64,000 bases of DNA from contig JBEKQZ010000001.1 in NCBI GenBank assembly GCA_049519175.1, forward strand, positions 107,311 through 171,310. Reading direction: 5' to 3'. The position numbers and the translations under genes are program-made. Every line of letters starts with the position of its first letter. Within the stretch, counting starts at the first letter, position 1. Origin of the DNA: Candidatus Levyibacteriota bacterium. GTDB taxonomy: Bacteria > Patescibacteriota > Microgenomatia > Levybacterales > UBA12049. The notes beneath the pieces were generated by a model. It made no database searches and was not told the origin of the DNA. It worked only from the letters and a program-made list of their open reading frames with translations. Shown here in pieces: positions 27,398-37,046 of this stretch.

Positions 27398-28637
27398 CAT
27401 AAAATTCATTCGCGAAAATCCGGAGCTGGTTCAAAAGAAAGCAAAAGAAAAGGGAATAAGTGTTAACATCGAACATATCCTTGAGTTGGATAATCGTTAT
27501 AGAGCCTTGGATTTAATGGTTCAAAAACTGCGGGAAGACAGAAACAGAATTGCCAAAGAAGCATCAAATGCTGCTAACAAAGCAGACGCGATTACAAAAG
27601 GTAAAGCAATTAAAGAAAGATTAGAAAAAGAAGAGCACGCTTTAGCGGCAATTACGGAAGAATATCAAAAAGCATTATTGACAATTCCAAACTTAGCGAA
27701 AGACGATGTTAAGTTTGGAGAAAATGATACTCAGAATGAAGTAATTAAGAAAGTTGGCGAGCCGACAAAATTCAGTTTTAAACCAAAAGATCATTTGGAA
27801 TTGGGAGAAAAATTAGACATTATTGATGTTGTCAGGGCTTCTAAAATCTCCGGGGCCAGATTTTATTTCTTAAAAAATGACGGGGCGTTATTGGAATTTG
27901 CGTTAAGAGAATTAGCATTCGAATTATTACTTAAGGAAGGATTTATTCCGGTTCTTCCGCCAGTAATGATTAAAACCGAAGTGATGAAGGGTTTGGGCTA
28001 CATGGAAAATGGTGGGGACGAAGATATGTATATTTTTGAAAAGGACGGGCTGGTTTTGGTTGGCACTTCGGAGCAATCGATTGTGGCAATGCATCAGGAT
28101 GACGTTTTTGATGCTAAAGATTTGCCGAAAAGATATGTTGGCTTTTCAACTTGTTTTCGAAGAGAAGCGGGCAGTTACGGAAAAGATACCAGGGGAATTT
28201 TAAGGGCACACCAGTTTGATAAAGTGGAAATGGTTTCGTTTGTCAAACAGGGAGAAGATAATAAAGAGCATGAGTATCTATTATCATTGGAAGAAAAATT
28301 GTTAGGGCTTTTAAAAATTCCTTATCAAGTCGTAAAAATGTGCACCGGCGATTTAGGTTTTCCGGCCGCCCGAAAATATGACATTGAAGCGTGGATTCCT
28401 TCGGAAAATAAATACCGGGAAATGACTTCGGTATCAACCACCACCGATTTTCAGGCCAGAAGATTAAATATCAAGTATAAAGAACAAAACGGAACAAAGT
28501 ATGTAAACATTTTAAACGGCACTGCTTTTTCCACCAGACCAATCATCGCGATTTTGGAAAATTATCAGCAAGTTGATGGTAGTGTTTTAGTTCCGGAAGT
28601 TTTGCAAAAATATTTAAATAAAAAAGTAATAAAATAG
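27390..28637 (+). CDS. serS: serine--tRNA ligase
   Basis: N-terminal coiled-coil arm, class II motifs (FRREAGSYGKDTRGILRAHQF, GDLGFPAARKYDIEAW). Confidence 0.95.
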   Translation: MLDIKFIRENPELVQKKAKEKGISVNIEHILELDNRYRALDLMVQKLREDRNRIAKEASNAANKADAITKGKAIKERLEKEEHALAAITEEYQKALLTIPNLAKDDVKFGENDTQNEVIKKVGEPTKFSFKPKDHLELGEKLDIIDVVRASKISGARFYFLKNDGALLEFALRELAFELLLKEGFIPVLPPVMIKTEVMKGLGYMENGGDEDMYIFEKDGLVLVGTSEQSIVAMHQDDVFDAKDLPKRYVGFSTCFRREAGSYGKDTRGILRAHQFDKVEMVSFVKQGEDNKEHEYLLSLEEKLLGLLKIPYQVVKMCTGDLGFPAARKYDIEAWIPSENKYREMTSVSTTTDFQARRLNIKYKEQNGTKYVNILNGTAFSTRPIIAILENYQQVDGSVLVPEVLQKYLNKKVIK

Positions 28638-28805
28638 TAAAAAATAGCCTCTGTGATTTTTGCCGCCATTACGACCTAAACGATAACTTTTGAAGCAAAG
28701 AAAAATGCTTGACAATAATAAAAAAATATCTCAAGATAATAGTAATTGCCGTTCACCTTGATTTTTTTAAAGTGAGCGAAATTATTTAAGGAGGTGATAC
28801 TGTCC

Positions 28806-28838
28806 ATGGCAAAGAAAAAGAAGAGAAAGAAGAAGTAG
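28806..28838 (+). CDS. candidate Lys-rich leader peptide MAKKKKRKKK (10 aa) upstream of secA
   Basis: AAGGAGGTG SD 8 nt upstream. ATG-GCA then 8 consecutive AAG/AAA/AGA codons, then TAG. Followed by alternative hairpins and a terminator. Confidence 0.35.
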   Translation: MAKKKKRKKK

Positions 28839-28882
28839 TTGGTAAGCTATTTGGAGCATTACCAATTGATCAATTGGTAAAA

Positions 28883-28904
28883 CCCCGCCTTCTGGCGGGG
28901 TTTT
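28883..28904 (+). terminator. rho-independent terminator-like hairpin in the secA leader
   Basis: CCCCGCC-TTCT-GGCGGGG followed by TTTT. Preceded by the 10-bp-arm palindrome TTACCAATTG-AT-CAATTGGTAA at 28859-28880. Confidence 0.5.
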
Positions 28905-28932
28905 CGTGTCCGAATTGTGCTAAAATTAACCT

Positions 28933-31605
28933 ATGTTAAGTATCATCACAAAATTTTTCGATTCAAACGAAAAAGAAATCAATAAACTCGCTCCGCTTGT
29001 CGCTCAAATAAATTCTTGGGAAGAAAAAACCAAGAAATTAAAGGACGATGCCTTCCCCAAAAAAACCAAAGAGTTCAAAGAAAGAATTGAAGATGGAGAA
29101 CCGCTGGAAAATATTTTACCGGAAGCCTTTGCGCTGGTCCGCGAAGCGGCCCAGCGGACAATCGGGCAACGACATTTCGACGCACAGCTAATGGCAGCAA
29201 TTGTTCTATCGGAGGGAAAAATTGCCGAACAAAAAACCGGAGAAGGAAAAACTTTATCGGCCACCCCGGCACTTTATTTACATGCTCTAACCGGTAAAGG
29301 TGTCCACTTGGTTACCGTTAACGATTATTTGGCTAGACGTGACGCCGGTTGGATGGGTCCGATTTTCCATTTCCTTGGACTTTCAACCGCTTCAATCATT
29401 AGTGAAGAATCATTTATTTATGACCCAAAATTTAGCAATAAAGAAGTGCACGATGAAAGACTCTCTCATTTAAAACCAGTTTCCCGCAAAGAAGCTTACG
29501 AAGCGGACGTTGTTTACGGCATCAATTCCGAGTTTGGTTTTGATTATTTGCGGGACAATATGGCGCAAGACGCTGCATCATTGGTTCAACGTGGATTCTA
29601 TTACGCGGTGGTTGATGAAGTCGATTCGGTTTTAATCGATGAAGCGAGAACTCCGCATATTATTTCTGCTCCCGATGAAGCGCCGGCGCAAAAATACTAT
29701 GAATACGCTAAATTAATTGACAAATTAAATCCGGACATCGATTACAAAATTGACGAAAAATTAAGAACAGCCCATCTAACCGATCATGGTATCGGAAAAA
29801 TAGAAAAAATTTATGGCATTGCCAACATTTACGAAAAAGATTTTGACACCGTTTATCACTTGGAAGCCGCGCTAAAAGCCCGCACGCTTTTCCATAAAGA
29901 GAAAGATTATATCGTCAAAGATAACGAAGTAATTTTGGTCGACGAGTTCACGGGACGGTTAATGGTTGGTAGAAGATTGTCGGAAGGTTTACACCAGGCA
30001 ATTGAGGCCAAAGAAAATGTGCCGATTCAACGGGAATCAAAAACTTTGGCAACCGTGTCACTGCAAAATTATTTTAGAATGTATGAGCATTTGGCGGGAA
30101 TGACGGGAACCGCGGTTACCGAAGCCGAAGAATTCCACAAAATTTACAAACTGGACGTCGTCGTTATTCCAACTCACCGACCGATGATTAGAAAAGATTT
30201 GCCGGACGCGATTTATAAAACCGCGCCGGCAAAATATACGGCGGTGGCTTTGGAAATTGAAAAAGCACACGCCAAAGGACAGCCGGTCTTAGTCGGTACG
30301 ACTTCAATTGAAAAAAATGAAATTGTTTCGGAGCTTTTAAAACGAAAAGGGATTAAACACGAAGTCTTAAACGCTAAAAACCACGAAAGAGAAGCAGAAA
30401 TTATCGCCAAGGCCGGTGAAAAAGGCGCGGTTACGGTTGCCACCAATATGGCAGGCCGAGGTGTTGATATTATTCTGGGCGGCGAACCGCCAACAAGTGC
30501 ACAAGAATTAAAAGACTGGGATAAAAAACACCAGGAAGTGCTGGATGCCGGCGGATTGTACGTTATCGGCACCGAACGGCACGAATCGCGAAGAATTGAT
30601 AACCAGTTAAGGGGACGTTCCGGACGACAGGGCGATCCGGGCTTATCACAATTTTTTGTCGGGTTGGATGATGATATTATGCGGCTTTTCGGCGGTGATA
30701 CCATTTCCGGTTTAATGACCCGTTTTAATATGCCGGAAAATGTACCGCTGCAACATCCGTTGGTTTCCCGCGCCATCGAGCAAGCACAGATAAAAGTTGA
30801 AGGTTACAATTTTGACATCCGAAAACATTTGGTGGAATACGATGATGTTTTAAATAAACAAAGAGAAATAATTTATAGTCGTAGAAGAAAAGCCTTGGAA
30901 ACAGACAATCAGTCAGATGAACTCAAAAAAGAAATTTTAGAAAAAATTCATTCCTCAATAGCCGCCATTGTCACGATGTATTCGTCTAACCCCGCAGAAA
31001 GTTCACCGATTGAGCAAATCGTGGGAAAATTTGCAACCATTATTCCTTTTGATGAACTTTCACTCAAGCAAATTTCGACTCAACTTGAACAAATTAGTTC
31101 GATGGAAGAAAAAATTAGCTTTCTCAATAAACTGGCCGATGATATTTATCAAACAAAAGAAAAACAAATGGGCGAAGAACTAATGCGACAGGTAGAAAAA
31201 TTTGTGTTGCTTTCTGTTATCGATAATTTCTGGATGGATCATTTGGATGCGATTGAAAACTTAAGACAGGGGATAGGACTTAGAGGTTATGGACAGAAAG
31301 ATCCGCTGGTTGAGTATAAAAATGAAGCGTATAAGATGTTTGAACAATTAATTAACGCCATTGATGACGAAGTGGTCCATAGAATCTTCAAGATTCAAGT
31401 TCAAGCTCCTCCGGACATGCCGCAGGAGCATCAGCATATCACCGCCCAACCCGCCGGCGGAAATTCCGGTGCGGAAGTTTCATCAAATCTTCAGAGACCG
31501 AATAGTTCTGGCTCACAGACAGATATCAAGAAAAAGTTAGGGCGAAATGATCCCTGCTGGTGCGGCAGCGGAAAAAAATATAAAAAATGTCACTACCCAA
31601 ATTAA
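28933..31605 (+). CDS. secA: preprotein translocase ATPase SecA
   Basis: DEAD-motor motifs (GEGKT, VDEVDSVLIDEARTP), preprotein cross-linking domain, C-terminal zinc finger CWCGSGKKYKKCH. 890 aa. Confidence 0.95.
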   Translation: MLSIITKFFDSNEKEINKLAPLVAQINSWEEKTKKLKDDAFPKKTKEFKERIEDGEPLENILPEAFALVREAAQRTIGQRHFDAQLMAAIVLSEGKIAEQKTGEGKTLSATPALYLHALTGKGVHLVTVNDYLARRDAGWMGPIFHFLGLSTASIISEESFIYDPKFSNKEVHDERLSHLKPVSRKEAYEADVVYGINSEFGFDYLRDNMAQDAASLVQRGFYYAVVDEVDSVLIDEARTPHIISAPDEAPAQKYYEYAKLIDKLNPDIDYKIDEKLRTAHLTDHGIGKIEKIYGIANIYEKDFDTVYHLEAALKARTLFHKEKDYIVKDNEVILVDEFTGRLMVGRRLSEGLHQAIEAKENVPIQRESKTLATVSLQNYFRMYEHLAGMTGTAVTEAEEFHKIYKLDVVVIPTHRPMIRKDLPDAIYKTAPAKYTAVALEIEKAHAKGQPVLVGTTSIEKNEIVSELLKRKGIKHEVLNAKNHEREAEIIAKAGEKGAVTVATNMAGRGVDIILGGEPPTSAQELKDWDKKHQEVLDAGGLYVIGTERHESRRIDNQLRGRSGRQGDPGLSQFFVGLDDDIMRLFGGDTISGLMTRFNMPENVPLQHPLVSRAIEQAQIKVEGYNFDIRKHLVEYDDVLNKQREIIYSRRRKALETDNQSDELKKEILEKIHSSIAAIVTMYSSNPAESSPIEQIVGKFATIIPFDELSLKQISTQLEQISSMEEKISFLNKLADDIYQTKEKQMGEELMRQVEKFVLLSVIDNFWMDHLDAIENLRQGIGLRGYGQKDPLVEYKNEAYKMFEQLINAIDDEVVHRIFKIQVQAPPDMPQEHQHITAQPAGGNSGAEVSSNLQRPNSSGSQTDIKKKLGRNDPCWCGSGKKYKKCHYPN

Positions 31606-31606
31606 G

Positions 31607-32410
31607 ATGAAAATTTCAGCCTGGGTTTTTGCAACTGATCTTTTACCTAATAAAAAAACTTTTACGGAGAGATTGACTAATAAAGGTAATCTTTTTGATA
31701 AGACAAGCACTAAAGAGGTTTTTGCCAAATTAAAGGCTTCAGACGTTGACGGAATTGAGCTTCTTATTCCCGCAAATTTTTCCGATGAGGATTTCCAACG
31801 CATCAAAAAGATTCTCGATGAGAATAACGTTATCGTAAATAGTATCCACCAGCCCTTGCGGTTGATAACAAAAACAGATGTTAAGGAAATTGAAATGTTA
31901 TTTTCGGTTGCCAAAAAATTCAAGGCTAAACTAATTGTTCTCCATTTATATAATGCCAAAGGTCAAATATCTAGTAAGAGTTATTTAGACGCTTTGCATA
32001 AATTACAAGCAGATTATGGAATTAAAATAAGTTTTGAAAATACCCAAAAATTTGCGCAGGTATTTAATCAGAAAAGATATTGGGACAGTAAAACATTTTC
32101 AGATGTCGTTAAAAGTGCCGGATTTACAATTACATTAGATACAACTCATCTTGCCGATGCCGGTGGAGATATGATTGAATTTTATAATCAAAATAAAAAC
32201 AACATTGTAAATATTCAGCTTAGCGATTATAAAACTAAATGGCCGAAGCCTTGTTTACATTTACAACCGGGAAAAGGAACTTTGCCAATGGACGAGTTCT
32301 TAAGAGTTCTGAAAGACAATAAATATGACGGGTTTATTACAATGGAAATCAAAACAGACCTCGAAGGATTATGCGAAAGCGCTAAATTTATCAGGCAAGG
32401 CTTGAGTTAG
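31607..32410 (+). CDS. xylose isomerase-like TIM-barrel protein (sugar phosphate isomerase/epimerase / AP-endonuclease-2 family)
   Basis: Pattern of metal-binding residues (…IHQPL…KLIVLHL…ISFEN…ITLDTTHL…ITMEIK). ATG 31607 is preferred; the listed ORF start at 31547 lies inside secA. Confidence 0.65.
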   Translation: MKISAWVFATDLLPNKKTFTERLTNKGNLFDKTSTKEVFAKLKASDVDGIELLIPANFSDEDFQRIKKILDENNVIVNSIHQPLRLITKTDVKEIEMLFSVAKKFKAKLIVLHLYNAKGQISSKSYLDALHKLQADYGIKISFENTQKFAQVFNQKRYWDSKTFSDVVKSAGFTITLDTTHLADAGGDMIEFYNQNKNNIVNIQLSDYKTKWPKPCLHLQPGKGTLPMDEFLRVLKDNKYDGFITMEIKTDLEGLCESAKFIRQGLS

Positions 32411-32419
32411 TTTTGTTTA

Positions 32420-33325
32420 TTGACCTCGATTTGCTATGATTTAGCTATGCCCGACAAAATAGGAAATCCGCAATATAAACTTCTGGCCGAAAAATGGTCC
32501 AGCCGCCATCAAAATCTTCAATCTGAAATTTTTGAAAAACACAAAGATGCGTTTAAATGGTTGGTGGATAATTCAAAACAATTAGCTGTTGGTTCGCTTG
32601 CCAGCGTATTTTTGCTGGCATCGCCGGCCGCGGCAAAAATTCCCAACCTTTTATCAACTACCAGTGCGCAAGTTAGTCAAACAATCGACCGCAAAGTTTT
32701 TCTGGTTTACGATTTAAGAAATGTTTTGCCAAACGACGTTAGGCCGTTAACCCCCGACGAAGAAAAAAACGTCAGTGAAGTTTTAACCCGCGATTTTGGC
32801 ATTCCTGTTTCGGCGGAGTTAGACGGGAAAAGACTCAATACAACCTATGGAATAATTGGTCAGGAGCAGCATCTACCGCGTTATCCCGGCGATAATATTT
32901 TCAATCACTTTGAGACTCAAGATGATGCCGGAAAATATTGGTCTTACGGGATGACGCCGGGGCTTGGCGCCTGGGGCTATTTTACCGATTCGGCGGCAAC
33001 TTTAACGCAAACAGATATCGACCGGGAAAAATATTACATTGCCGTGCAAACTTTTCTAGCGCCGGGTTTCGATACAAATCCCAAAGAATATACCGATTTT
33101 TTCAAATACCGAAAAATGTTGGTGGTTAATCCGCAAAACGGCAAAGCGGTGGTCGCCGATATTGCCGACGCCGGACCGTCTCCGTGGACCGGAAAGCAAT
33201 TAGGCGGTTCGCCGGAAGTGATGAGTTATCTGGAGAGATTTGACGGAGAGCAAAGAGGTCCGGTCTTATATTTTTTTATCGATGATCCAAATGATACAAT
33301 TCCTTTGGGCCCGGTTTCTTACTAA
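32420..33325 (+). CDS. hypothetical secreted/membrane-anchored protein; possible RlpA-like double-psi beta-barrel at the C-terminus
   Basis: Hydrophobic anchor (LAVGSLASVFLLASPAAA). C-terminal MLVVNPQNGKAVVADIADAGPSPWTGKQLGGSPEVMSYL resembles RlpA/3D-type DPBB blocks, but the match is weak. Confidence 0.45.
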   Translation: MTSICYDLAMPDKIGNPQYKLLAEKWSSRHQNLQSEIFEKHKDAFKWLVDNSKQLAVGSLASVFLLASPAAAKIPNLLSTTSAQVSQTIDRKVFLVYDLRNVLPNDVRPLTPDEEKNVSEVLTRDFGIPVSAELDGKRLNTTYGIIGQEQHLPRYPGDNIFNHFETQDDAGKYWSYGMTPGLGAWGYFTDSAATLTQTDIDREKYYIAVQTFLAPGFDTNPKEYTDFFKYRKMLVVNPQNGKAVVADIADAGPSPWTGKQLGGSPEVMSYLERFDGEQRGPVLYFFIDDPNDTIPLGPVSY

Positions 33326-33328
33326 ATT

Positions 33329-33658
33329 ATGAAAGGCAAACATTTTTACAGTCACTTAATCGAAATTCACGAAATCTATTTAAGTATTAGCGAGATGAAC
33401 TTATCCGATGACGAACGTAATCATTTGTTGTCTTTAGCCGAAGCAAATATTCACGCTACGGTGATCAATACGGTTTTACCGGAGCTGTCCGAAGCAGAAA
33501 AAAAAATATTCCTCAAAAATTTAGTGGCCAATAATCATGAAGAGACTTGGAAACATCTACTCGCAAAAGCGCAAGACATCGAAGCAAAGATAAGTCAGTC
33601 TCTAAAAGAATTAAAAACGGAATTACTTAAAGATATTGAAGAAGCAAATAAAAGCTAG
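33329..33658 (+). CDS. hypothetical protein (109 aa, helical)
   Basis: Coding-like ORF starting 4 nt after the previous gene. No domain recognised. Confidence 0.4.
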   Translation: MKGKHFYSHLIEIHEIYLSISEMNLSDDERNHLLSLAEANIHATVINTVLPELSEAEKKIFLKNLVANNHEETWKHLLAKAQDIEAKISQSLKELKTELLKDIEEANKS

Positions 33659-34432
33659 CTATCTGATCACAATCAAAAAGAAGAGAATTGCCGCAATCAC
33701 CCGATAAACTCCAAAAATTATAAAATTGTTGTGTTGGACATAGCGCAAGAAGAGTTTAACGGAAACTAATGCCACTACAAACGCGCCGAAAAAGCCAACT
33801 GCAAGTATCATCCACTCGCTGGGCGAATAAGAAAAATTGGTTCTAATTAAATCCAGAGAGGTTGCCGCCAGCATCGTCGGAACGGCTAAGATGAAGGAAA
33901 ATTCGGCGGCCGCTTTACGCTTGGTCCCCAAAAATAGAGCACCGATAATGGTTGCGGCCGAGCGGGAAACTCCGGGAATTACCGCAATCGATTGGAAAAG
34001 TCCGATGACAAAAGCCTTGGGCAAACTCATCTTCGCGATATTATCGATATGGTATTCCTTTTCTTTATAAATCAGCTCAAGCGCTATCAAAGCAACACCG
34101 CCGACCAAAAGTGAAATTAAAGTAATGTATAAATTGCCGAGTAAATAAGTTTTAATAAATTTAAAAAGTATCAATCCGATAATTCCGGTCGGAATAAAGG
34201 CGACGATAATTCTTTTCCAGACCGCAACGCTTTTAAACAGAGTATTCCAATATAAAACCACGATGGCCAGTATCGCACCAAGCTGAATAATAATTTCAAA
34301 ATCTTTGACAAAACTAGTTTGGGCGACTTTTAAAATGTCGGCGGCCAAAATCAGGTGCCCGGTGGAGGAAATTGGTAGAAATTCCGAAATGCCTTCAACA
34401 ATAGAAAGAATTAATGCCTGCAGAATGTTCAT
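33659..34432 (-). CDS. uppP: undecaprenyl-diphosphatase
   Basis: BacA/UppP signature (VEGISEFLPISSTGHLIL, PGVSRSAATI). 257 aa, about 8 TM helices. Confidence 0.9.
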   Translation of the reverse strand: MNILQALILSIVEGISEFLPISSTGHLILAADILKVAQTSFVKDFEIIIQLGAILAIVVLYWNTLFKSVAVWKRIIVAFIPTGIIGLILFKFIKTYLLGNLYITLISLLVGGVALIALELIYKEKEYHIDNIAKMSLPKAFVIGLFQSIAVIPGVSRSAATIIGALFLGTKRKAAAEFSFILAVPTMLAATSLDLIRTNFSYSPSEWMILAVGFFGAFVVALVSVKLFLRYVQHNNFIIFGVYRVIAAILFFLIVIR

Positions 34433-34499
34433 AAACTTAAATTATTATAACACAGAGAAGAGATTGCAAAATACCGGTCAAGTAATCTACAATTATTGC

Positions 34500-34871
34500 A
34501 TGAAAGAACCACCAAAGGAAGAATTGCAATGGGACAAGAAAAAAATTCTCCTCTTTTTAATCGCCGCGGTGCTTTTAATTGGAATCGGCTTTGAAGCCAA
34601 AGATGTAATTTTAGGAACAAATATCAGTCCTTCAGTCTCTATACCAAAACCCGATGTCAAGGGAGCCGCAACTCAAGTGAGTTCAAATATCAAAAATAGT
34701 GTCCAAGATCAATTGGATAATTTAAAAACAGAAGCGCAAAATGTGGATTTGGTGCAAATTGCCTCTTCTTCGCCGCAAGTCCAGAAAGTCATTAACGATT
34801 TAAAAGCGGTACAGGACTATCCCAAAAACCAACTTAAGGCGACCTGCGAACAGATTTGTAACGGTTTGTAA
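34500..34871 (+). CDS. hypothetical membrane-anchored protein (123 aa)
   Basis: ATG 34500 is chosen because the longer ORF from 34305 overlaps the divergent uppP. Single TM helix (ILLFLIAAVLLIGIGF), then a polar extracellular domain. Confidence 0.4.
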   Translation: MKEPPKEELQWDKKKILLFLIAAVLLIGIGFEAKDVILGTNISPSVSIPKPDVKGAATQVSSNIKNSVQDQLDNLKTEAQNVDLVQIASSSPQVQKVINDLKAVQDYPKNQLKATCEQICNGL

Positions 34872-34885
34872 AAGAGGTTCACATT

Positions 34886-35395
34886 CTAGCTTACCTTTGC
34901 TTCTTTTTTAACAACAATATTGTGAATATCTTCAGTTAGTTCATTATTAATCTTAATCAGCTTGTGGACTTCATCCTGAAGCTTCAGAAGTGTTTCAGCG
35001 TCTTTAAATGTCTGCTCTGCTTGTTTATCCGAAGCCCGACTTAAAACCTGTTGGCCCACCGCTAATATCGGCAGAGCAAATAACTGAACCAAATTACTTA
35101 AAAATAGTAAGAAGGTAAACGGATAAGGGTCTTTCTTAAATATGCTAAACCCTACGGTGGCAAGAACCATCCAACCAAACATCCATATAACCAGAAGGTA
35201 GAATGCTTCCATGGAGCCAAACTTACTGGTTACAAATACAGCCAGGCGGCCATTAAACCCGAGGTGCTCATGTTTTGTCAGGTGAGGGCCTTGTTTTTTT
35301 CTTTCTTCAATCCAAGGGTCTGGAATATGCTCACTAACCATTGCATACTTATTATGCGCTCCAAATACTGAAAAATCCATAGCTATTTTTAGCAA
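34886..35395 (-). CDS. DUF1003-like membrane protein
   Basis: 169 aa with two TM helices, a conserved-looking cytoplasmic N-terminal segment (LTKHEHLGFNGRLAVFVTSKFGSMEAFYL) and a C-terminal coiled coil. Confidence 0.5.
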   Translation of the reverse strand: MLKIAMDFSVFGAHNKYAMVSEHIPDPWIEERKKQGPHLTKHEHLGFNGRLAVFVTSKFGSMEAFYLLVIWMFGWMVLATVGFSIFKKDPYPFTFLLFLSNLVQLFALPILAVGQQVLSRASDKQAEQTFKDAETLLKLQDEVHKLIKINNELTEDIHNIVVKKEAKVS

Positions 35396-35481
35396 AATTA
35401 TGTTAATATCTAAATTAAGAGAAAATATCTATGGGTGCTGGAGCAACATTGATTGTGATAAGAGAATATTAAGTAATTAAT

Positions 35482-36486
35482 ATGGAAGACGTTAGACAAA
35501 GAATTGCCAAAGTTCTAGAAAAATTCAATCTTGACGAAAAAAGAAAGCAAATCCGGGAAATTGAAGCACAGAGTTTGCATCCGGATTTTTGGAAAGACCA
35601 CCAAAACGCGACTTTAAAAATGAAAGAGTTGTCGATGCTTCAGAATCAAGTCGCAAAAATAGAAAAACTGTCTGAGCTTTCGGCAGCGGGTCAGTTTGAC
35701 GAAGCGGAAAAGTTGTTAGATGAATTGGAAGTTCTACTGTATTTTACCGGCGCTTATGACAGTGGGTCGGCAATTATGGAATTACACGCCGGACAAGGTG
35801 GAGTGGAAGCGATGGATTGGACCAACATGCTTTACCGTATGTATACCAGGTTTTTTGACAAAAAAGGTTGGGCGCACGAAGTGATTGACGAAACTCCGGG
35901 CGAAGAAGCGGGTCTAAAAAGTGTAACCATCCAAGTCAGCGGTGAATATGCGTATGGATTTTTAAAAGGCGAAGCGGGTGTGCACCGGTTGGTCCGTCAG
36001 TCACCGTTTAATGCCGATAATTTAAGACAAACTTCATTTGCCCTGGTCGAAGTGCTGCCCGAAATTGAGGAAAGCGCGGAAATTGAGATTAAAGATGAAG
36101 ATTTGGATTGGGATTTTTACCGAAGCGGCGGACACGGCGGGCAAAATGTCAACAAAGTTTCAACGGCAGTTCGTTTAAAGCATATTCCCACCGGAATTGT
36201 GGTTACGGCGCAAAGTCAGCGTTATCAAAACCAAAACCGCGAATACGCGCTTAAAATTTTACGTGCCAAGTTGTGGTTTTTGCAAGAAGAAGAGCGAAAA
36301 AAGGATGAAGCAAAATTAAAAGGCGGATATAAAACTCCGGGTTGGGGCAACCAAATCCGTTCTTACGTTTTGCATCCTTACAAAATGGTCAAGGACCTTC
36401 GCACAAACTTCGAAACTGCCAACGCCGAAGCAGTTCTTAATGGCGATTTAGATGAATTTATCGACGAAGAGTTAAGAAAATTATAG
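35482..36486 (+). CDS. prfB: peptide chain release factor 2 (no programmed frameshift)
   Basis: SPF tripeptide (RQSPFNADN) and GGQ motif (SGGHGGQNVNKVSTAVRL). Continuous ORF; CTT-GAC at the position where frameshifting prfB genes carry CTT-TGA-C. Confidence 0.9.
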   Translation: MEDVRQRIAKVLEKFNLDEKRKQIREIEAQSLHPDFWKDHQNATLKMKELSMLQNQVAKIEKLSELSAAGQFDEAEKLLDELEVLLYFTGAYDSGSAIMELHAGQGGVEAMDWTNMLYRMYTRFFDKKGWAHEVIDETPGEEAGLKSVTIQVSGEYAYGFLKGEAGVHRLVRQSPFNADNLRQTSFALVEVLPEIEESAEIEIKDEDLDWDFYRSGGHGGQNVNKVSTAVRLKHIPTGIVVTAQSQRYQNQNREYALKILRAKLWFLQEEERKKDEAKLKGGYKTPGWGNQIRSYVLHPYKMVKDLRTNFETANAEAVLNGDLDEFIDEELRKL

Positions 36487-36548
36487 CTCCGAGGGTTGCC
36501 AAAAGGTGTAAAATATGGTTTACTTAATAGAGGAGGTGAATGTAAATA

Positions 36549-37046
36549 ATGGATAAAAACATCGACCAGGTTCAAAAACCAAAACCAAATCCAGTTCAAG
36601 CACAACCATTAATCCGCAATTTTAACGCAGACAGTCTTAAAAGCGCCTTCACGCCTAAAGTTCTCGCTATTTTGCTTGGCGTCGTAGTAGTGGGAGTTAT
36701 CAGCGGTTTTCTACTTTCTCAAGTCGGCACGCTTTCAACCAAAAATATCAAAAACGGCACAGTTACCAGTGGCTCATCGGTTGCCGTAGGAACAATTATC
36801 GGTTCAAACGATACTACAACTTTTAAAGATACGGCTCAAGGCACGCTTAAGGAAGGAGGCATTGACGGCGAGGGAGCTTACCATCTGGTGCGACCGGGCG
36901 GAGACAGTCAAAACGTTTATCTTACATCCTCATCGGTGGACTTATCGCAATTTGTGGGTAGAAATATTAAAGTTTGGGGTCAAACTCAAGCAGCCCAGCA
37001 TGCGGGTTGGCTAATGGATGTGGGAAGAATTCAGATTCTGCAATGA
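36549..37046 (+). CDS. hypothetical membrane-anchored extracellular protein
   Basis: One TM helix (VLAILLGVVVVGVISGFLL) followed by a Ser/Thr/Gly-rich domain. Immediately upstream of ftsE. Confidence 0.45.
   Translation: MDKNIDQVQKPKPNPVQAQPLIRNFNADSLKSAFTPKVLAILLGVVVVGVISGFLLSQVGTLSTKNIKNGTVTSGSSVAVGTIIGSNDTTTFKDTAQGTLKEGGIDGEGAYHLVRPGGDSQNVYLTSSSVDLSQFVGRNIKVWGQTQAAQHAGWLMDVGRIQILQ

Noticed and set aside
31547-31606. Extension of the TIM-barrel gene into the 3' end of secA
   Set aside because: The extension is in-frame read-through of secA's C-terminal coding region with no start signal. ATG 31607, 2 nt after the secA stop, is the sensible start.
34305-34499. N-terminal extension of the small membrane protein overlapping divergent uppP
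   Set aside because: It would overlap the uppP 5' region for about 130 nt on the opposite strand. The internal ATG at 34500 precedes the TM helix and is preferred.
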